A stretch of 64,000 nt of DNA from NCBI GenBank assembly GCA_947479915.1, contig CANKAU010000003.1, positions 41,359 to 105,358 on the forward strand, read 5' to 3'. Source of the DNA: Chloroflexota bacterium. GTDB taxonomy: Bacteria > Chloroflexota > Dehalococcoidia > UBA2979. Shown here in pieces: positions 60,333 to 64,000 of the stretch (position 1 is its first letter; every line of letters begins with the position of its first letter). The position numbers and the translations under genes were made by a program. The notes beneath the pieces were generated by a model. That model ran no database searches and was not told where the DNA came from. It was given only the letters and a program-made list of their open reading frames with translations.

Positions 60333-60806
60333 ATGACCAGCCACGCCGTGGGCATTGATGTGATCGAGACCGATCGGGTCGCGTCGGTGCTGTCGAAGCA
60401 CCCGGAGCGCTTCCTGTCGCGCGTGTTCACGCCCGCGGAGGTCGCATTCTGCCGCGGCCGCGTGCCAGAGCTCGCCGCTCGCTTCGCCGCCAAGGAAGCG
60501 ATGATGAAGGCGCTCGGCACCGGGGCGCGCTCCGTCGCGTGGCGCGACATCGAAGTGCTCCCCGACCGTCGAGGCAAGCCCGTCGTCTACCTGTACGGCG
60601 GGGCGAAGCGGCGCGCGGCGGTGATCGGGCTGGACGCGATCGACATCTCTCTGACCCACCTGCAGGGCATCTCCATGGCGGTGGTCGTCGCGACGCAGGA
60701 GATCCTCGAGGAGGACCACACGGCGGGCCGTGCGCGGCTCATCGAGCGGCTGCAGGCGCGCGGGCTGCTGGGCGAGGACGAGCAGAACCCGGACGAGGCG
60801 TTCTAG
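60333..60806 (+). CDS. acpS: Holo-ACP synthase
   Basis: GIDVIE, RFAAKEA..KALGTG, ISLTH. Confidence 0.94.
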   Translation: MTSHAVGIDVIETDRVASVLSKHPERFLSRVFTPAEVAFCRGRVPELAARFAAKEAMMKALGTGARSVAWRDIEVLPDRRGKPVVYLYGGAKRRAAVIGLDAIDISLTHLQGISMAVVVATQEILEEDHTAGRARLIERLQARGLLGEDEQNPDEAF

Positions 60807-62470
60807 TGGCCAAGCTCGTCACCACCGCCCAGATGCGCGCCCTCGAGGCTGCCGCGGTCGCCGCGGGCGTCTCCGAGCGCGAGCTGATGGCGCAGGCGGG
60901 CCTCGCGGCGGCGCAGGAAGCATGGATGGCAATCGGCGCGCTCGAGGGTGCCGAGGCGCTCGTGCTCTGCGGGCCCGGCAACAACGGAGGCGACGGACTC
61001 GTCGCGGCGCGACACCTGCACGAGTGGGGCGCCGAGGTACACGTCTACCTGCTGCGCGCCCGCCCCGCCGGCGACCCCGAGTGGTCCGCCGTGGTCGAGG
61101 CCGGCATCGGCGCAACGACCGTCGCGGAAGACTCCGGGTTCGCGTTTCTTGAGCAGCAGCTCTCGGGCGCCACCGTCGTCCTCGACGCGCTGTTCGGCAC
61201 CGGGTTCACCCCGCGCGAACGCCCAATCGTGGGCGACGCGGCCGAGATTCTCATCCGCCTGGTCGCGGCACGAGAGGCGGTGCCGCCCGTGCAGTTGATC
61301 GCCCTCGACCTGCCGAGCGGTGTGGACGCGGACACGGGGTTCTCCGATCCACTGACCGTGGCCGCCGACGCGACGGTGACCTTCGGCTACGCCAAGACGG
61401 GGCTGTACTCGATGCCCGGGCGGCGCTTCGCCGGCGACATCCTGCCGGTCGCCATCGGCCTGGCGCCGGACGCCGCCGAGGGACTGCCGTTCGAGGAGCT
61501 GCGCATGCGCGACGTGCGCGCCCGGATGCCGGCGCGCTCCGAGGACGGGCACAAGGGGAGCTTCGGCACGGTGGTGATCGCCGCCGGGTCCCGGCGCTTC
61601 CCGGGAGCCGCCCGCCTCTCGGCCGAGGCTGCCGCCCGCTCGGGTGCCGGCCTCGTGACCCTCGCCGCGCCCGAGGTGATCCAGCCGCTGCTCACGAGCC
61701 TCGCAGACGCCACGCACGAGCCGCTCCCCTCCACTGATGGCACGTTGGACGGCGACGCCGCGCGGGCCCTGCTCCGGGCCATCCGAGGCGGCCGCGCGCG
61801 CGCGCTCCTGGTCGGCCCGGGCCTCGACCTCACCGCCGCGACCGAGGCATTCGTGACGCAGCTGCTGGCGGGCCTCGACGAGGTGGGCGGCCTCAACGCT
61901 GTCGTGCTCGACGCCGACGCCCTGAACGCGCTGGCGCGGCTACCGGGCTGGCACGAGCGCCTCGCACTGCCGCGCATCCTGACGCCGCACCCCGCTGAGA
62001 TGGGCCGCCTGATCGGCGTGTCGTCCGAGGACGTCCAGGCGGCGCGGCTCACCGTGGCGTGCCGTTATGCAAAGCTCACCGGCAGCATCGTCGTCCTGAA
62101 GGGTGCCTGCACCATCGTGGCGCACCCGGACGGGCGCGCCCGGCTGTCCGAGGTCGCGACCTCAGCGCTCGCCCACGCGGGCACCGGCGACGTCCTCGCG
62201 GGCCTGATCGCCGGGTTCGTGGCGCAGGGCCTCGATCCGTTCGACGCTGCGTCGGCGGGCGTGGCGGTGCACGCGGAATGCGGCCGGCAGGCCGCGTCGA
62301 GCATCGGTGCTGCCTCGACGCTGGCGAGCGACCTCCTGCGACTGTTGCCCGCCGTCCGGCGCGCTGTGGACCCGGCGGGGCCGGGTCTGCACGCACTCGG
62401 CACGGGCGGAGACCGCGGCGATGCAGGATTGACGCAGGGGTCGAAATGGTACAATCACGAGAACGGATGA
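60806..62470 (+). CDS. nnr: Bifunctional NAD(P)H-hydrate epimerase/dehydratase
   Basis: GPGNNGGDG, DLPSG, HKGSFG, DADALN, TPHPAE, GTGDVLAG. Confidence 0.95.
   Translation: MAKLVTTAQMRALEAAAVAAGVSERELMAQAGLAAAQEAWMAIGALEGAEALVLCGPGNNGGDGLVAARHLHEWGAEVHVYLLRARPAGDPEWSAVVEAGIGATTVAEDSGFAFLEQQLSGATVVLDALFGTGFTPRERPIVGDAAEILIRLVAAREAVPPVQLIALDLPSGVDADTGFSDPLTVAADATVTFGYAKTGLYSMPGRRFAGDILPVAIGLAPDAAEGLPFEELRMRDVRARMPARSEDGHKGSFGTVVIAAGSRRFPGAARLSAEAAARSGAGLVTLAAPEVIQPLLTSLADATHEPLPSTDGTLDGDAARALLRAIRGGRARALLVGPGLDLTAATEAFVTQLLAGLDEVGGLNAVVLDADALNALARLPGWHERLALPRILTPHPAEMGRLIGVSSEDVQAARLTVACRYAKLTGSIVVLKGACTIVAHPDGRARLSEVATSALAHAGTGDVLAGLIAGFVAQGLDPFDAASAGVAVHAECGRQAASSIGAASTLASDLLRLLPAVRRAVDPAGPGLHALGTGGDRGDAGLTQGSKWYNHENG
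62447..62455 (+). promoter_or_regulatory. Extended -10 promoter for fabD-fabF inside the nnr 3' end
   Basis: TGGTACAAT, with TTGACG only 15 nt upstream of the hexamer. Confidence 0.5.
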
Positions 62471-62504
62471 TCCGGCTGTGCAGCCGCCTCCGGGGAGGTG
62501 CCGC

Positions 62505-63506
62505 ATGACCGACGCCACCGCATCGTCCGACTCTACCGACCCCATCGCCATCGTCTTCCCGGGCCAGGGCTCGCAGGCGCCCGGCATGGGCAAGCTCGTC
62601 TACGACAACTCGCCGGCCGCCCGCCTCACCTTCGAGGAAGCCAGCGACGTCACCGGGATGGACCTCGCGAAGATCTGCTTCGAGAGTACCGAGGACGATC
62701 TCGCGACCACCCACAACACCCAGCCGGCCGTCCTGACGACCTCGATCGCGATCATCCGCGCGATGCGCGAGAAGCTCGCCGAGGTGGGGGAGACGGTGCG
62801 TCCTCGACTGTTCGGGGGGCATTCGCAGGGGCTGTTCAGCGCCGCCGTCGCCGCCAGCGCGCTGTCGTTCAAGGACGGGCTGCTGCTCATGATCGAGCGC
62901 GGCCGTCTGATGGGTGAGTTCAACACCCGACGTCCCGTGGGCATGGCCGCCATCCTCGGCCTGACCGCGGACGCGGTGCGCGAGGTCTGTGACCGCGCCA
63001 CGACGGGCGACGACTCCCGCGTCGACGTGGCGAACTACAATGACGAGACGCAGATCGTGATCAGCGGGGACGCCTCGGCGCTGGAGCGGGCGATGGAGCT
63101 CGCGAAGGAGGCCAAGGGCAAGGCGATCCGTCTAAAGCTGAAGGTCTCCAGCCACACCCCACTGCATATCGAACAGGCCGCCGAGTTCGCCGGCATCATG
63201 CGCGACATCCCGATCGGCGCGCCGGACCGTCCGATCGTCTCCAACATCACCGCGGAGCTGCTCCGCACCGGGGCTGAGATCCGTGCCGAGTTCGAGGCGC
63301 AGCTCCGCTCGCCCGTGCTGTGGGCGGAGAACGTCAGGCGCATGACGCGCGAGGGCGTGGACCTGCTGATCGAGGTCGGCCCCGGCCACGTGCTCGCCGG
63401 CATGGCGAAGCGCATCTCGAAGGAGTTGACCGTGGTCTCGCTGGACGACGCGCGCGAAGCGCCCATCCCGATCTCGATCCTCCCCGTCCGAAACCCGGCG
63501 CAGTAA
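62505..63506 (+). CDS. fabD: ACP S-malonyltransferase family acyltransferase
   Basis: FPGQGSQ, TQPA, GHSQG, ANYN...Q.VISG, SPVLW, EVGPG. Confidence 0.9.
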   Translation: MTDATASSDSTDPIAIVFPGQGSQAPGMGKLVYDNSPAARLTFEEASDVTGMDLAKICFESTEDDLATTHNTQPAVLTTSIAIIRAMREKLAEVGETVRPRLFGGHSQGLFSAAVAASALSFKDGLLLMIERGRLMGEFNTRRPVGMAAILGLTADAVREVCDRATTGDDSRVDVANYNDETQIVISGDASALERAMELAKEAKGKAIRLKLKVSSHTPLHIEQAAEFAGIMRDIPIGAPDRPIVSNITAELLRTGAEIRAEFEAQLRSPVLWAENVRRMTREGVDLLIEVGPGHVLAGMAKRISKELTVVSLDDAREAPIPISILPVRNPAQ

Positions 63507-63510
63507 CCCG

Positions 63511-64000
63511 ATGACACGAGTCGTCGTCACTGGCATCGGACTGATCACGCCCGTCGGGAACGACACGGCGACCACGTGGGACGCGCTGGTGGCCGGGCGC
63601 TCCGGTATCGGCCCCATCACGCACTTCGACACCGCCGCGTACGAGTGCCCGATCGCGGGCGAGGTGCGCGACTTCGACCCCACGGACTTCGTGGACGCGA
63701 AGATCCTGCGTCGCCTCGACCGGTCCTCGGTCTTCGCGCTCGCGGGGGCGCAGCAGGCGATCGCAGACGCCGGCCTCGACATGACGCACGAGAACGCGAA
63801 GCGCGTGGGCGTGGTGCTGGGCACCGGCATGGGCGGCGCGCAGATGATCGTGGAGCAGAACGAGGTCCTCGAAGACAAGGGGCCGCGTCGCGTGTCCCCG
63901 TTCATGACCTCGCACATGCTGCCTGACACCCCGACCGGCCTGATCGCGATCGCCATCGGCGCGCGCGGGCCGAACTTCGGCATCAGCGCGGCCTGCGCCA
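63511..64000 (+). CDS. fabF: Beta-ketoacyl-ACP synthase II (partial, runs off the window)
   Basis: MTRVVVTGIGLITPVG, SGIGPITHFD, GTGMGG, RRVSPF, GPN...SAACA. Confidence 0.92.
   Translation, partial: MTRVVVTGIGLITPVGNDTATTWDALVAGRSGIGPITHFDTAAYECPIAGEVRDFDPTDFVDAKILRRLDRSSVFALAGAQQAIADAGLDMTHENAKRVGVVLGTGMGGAQMIVEQNEVLEDKGPRRVSPFMTSHMLPDTPTGLIAIAIGARGPNFGISAACA

Overview
This is a very GC-rich bacterial chromosomal segment. Gene content (short EF-Ts, short IF2, DUF5679, ino1, AGAAC-N4-GTTC boxes) suggests Chloroflexota/Dehalococcoidia, which is inference only. It is mostly core genes: greA-lysS, serS, sucCD, two tRNA-Ser, miaB, nrtR plus nadABC, rpsB-tsf-frr-uppS-cdsA-dxr-rseP-ispG, proS, nusA-ylxR-infB-rbfA, truB, frameshifted prfB, folD and acpS-nnr-fabD-fabF. 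I found no CRISPR array, integrase or transposase. The best leads are: (1) a LysR-linked, mycobacterial-PIM-like inositol glycolipid cluster containing a PHP hydrolase that could be a PIP phosphatase; (2) a 62-aa membrane microprotein behind two LexA-type boxes, upstream of DinB-like/DUF488/AlkD genes; (3) a ferredoxin-transmembrane-PD-(D/E)XK-like fusion; (4) a ~80-aa C-terminal domain I do not recognise, shared by two unrelated secreted proteins; (5) a FabD with methylmalonyl-type AT signatures; (6) a CTG start for rbfA; (7) tandem NrtR operators; (8) many apparently leaderless genes; and (9) several pseudo-enzyme domains. Coordinates were read by eye and no searches were run.
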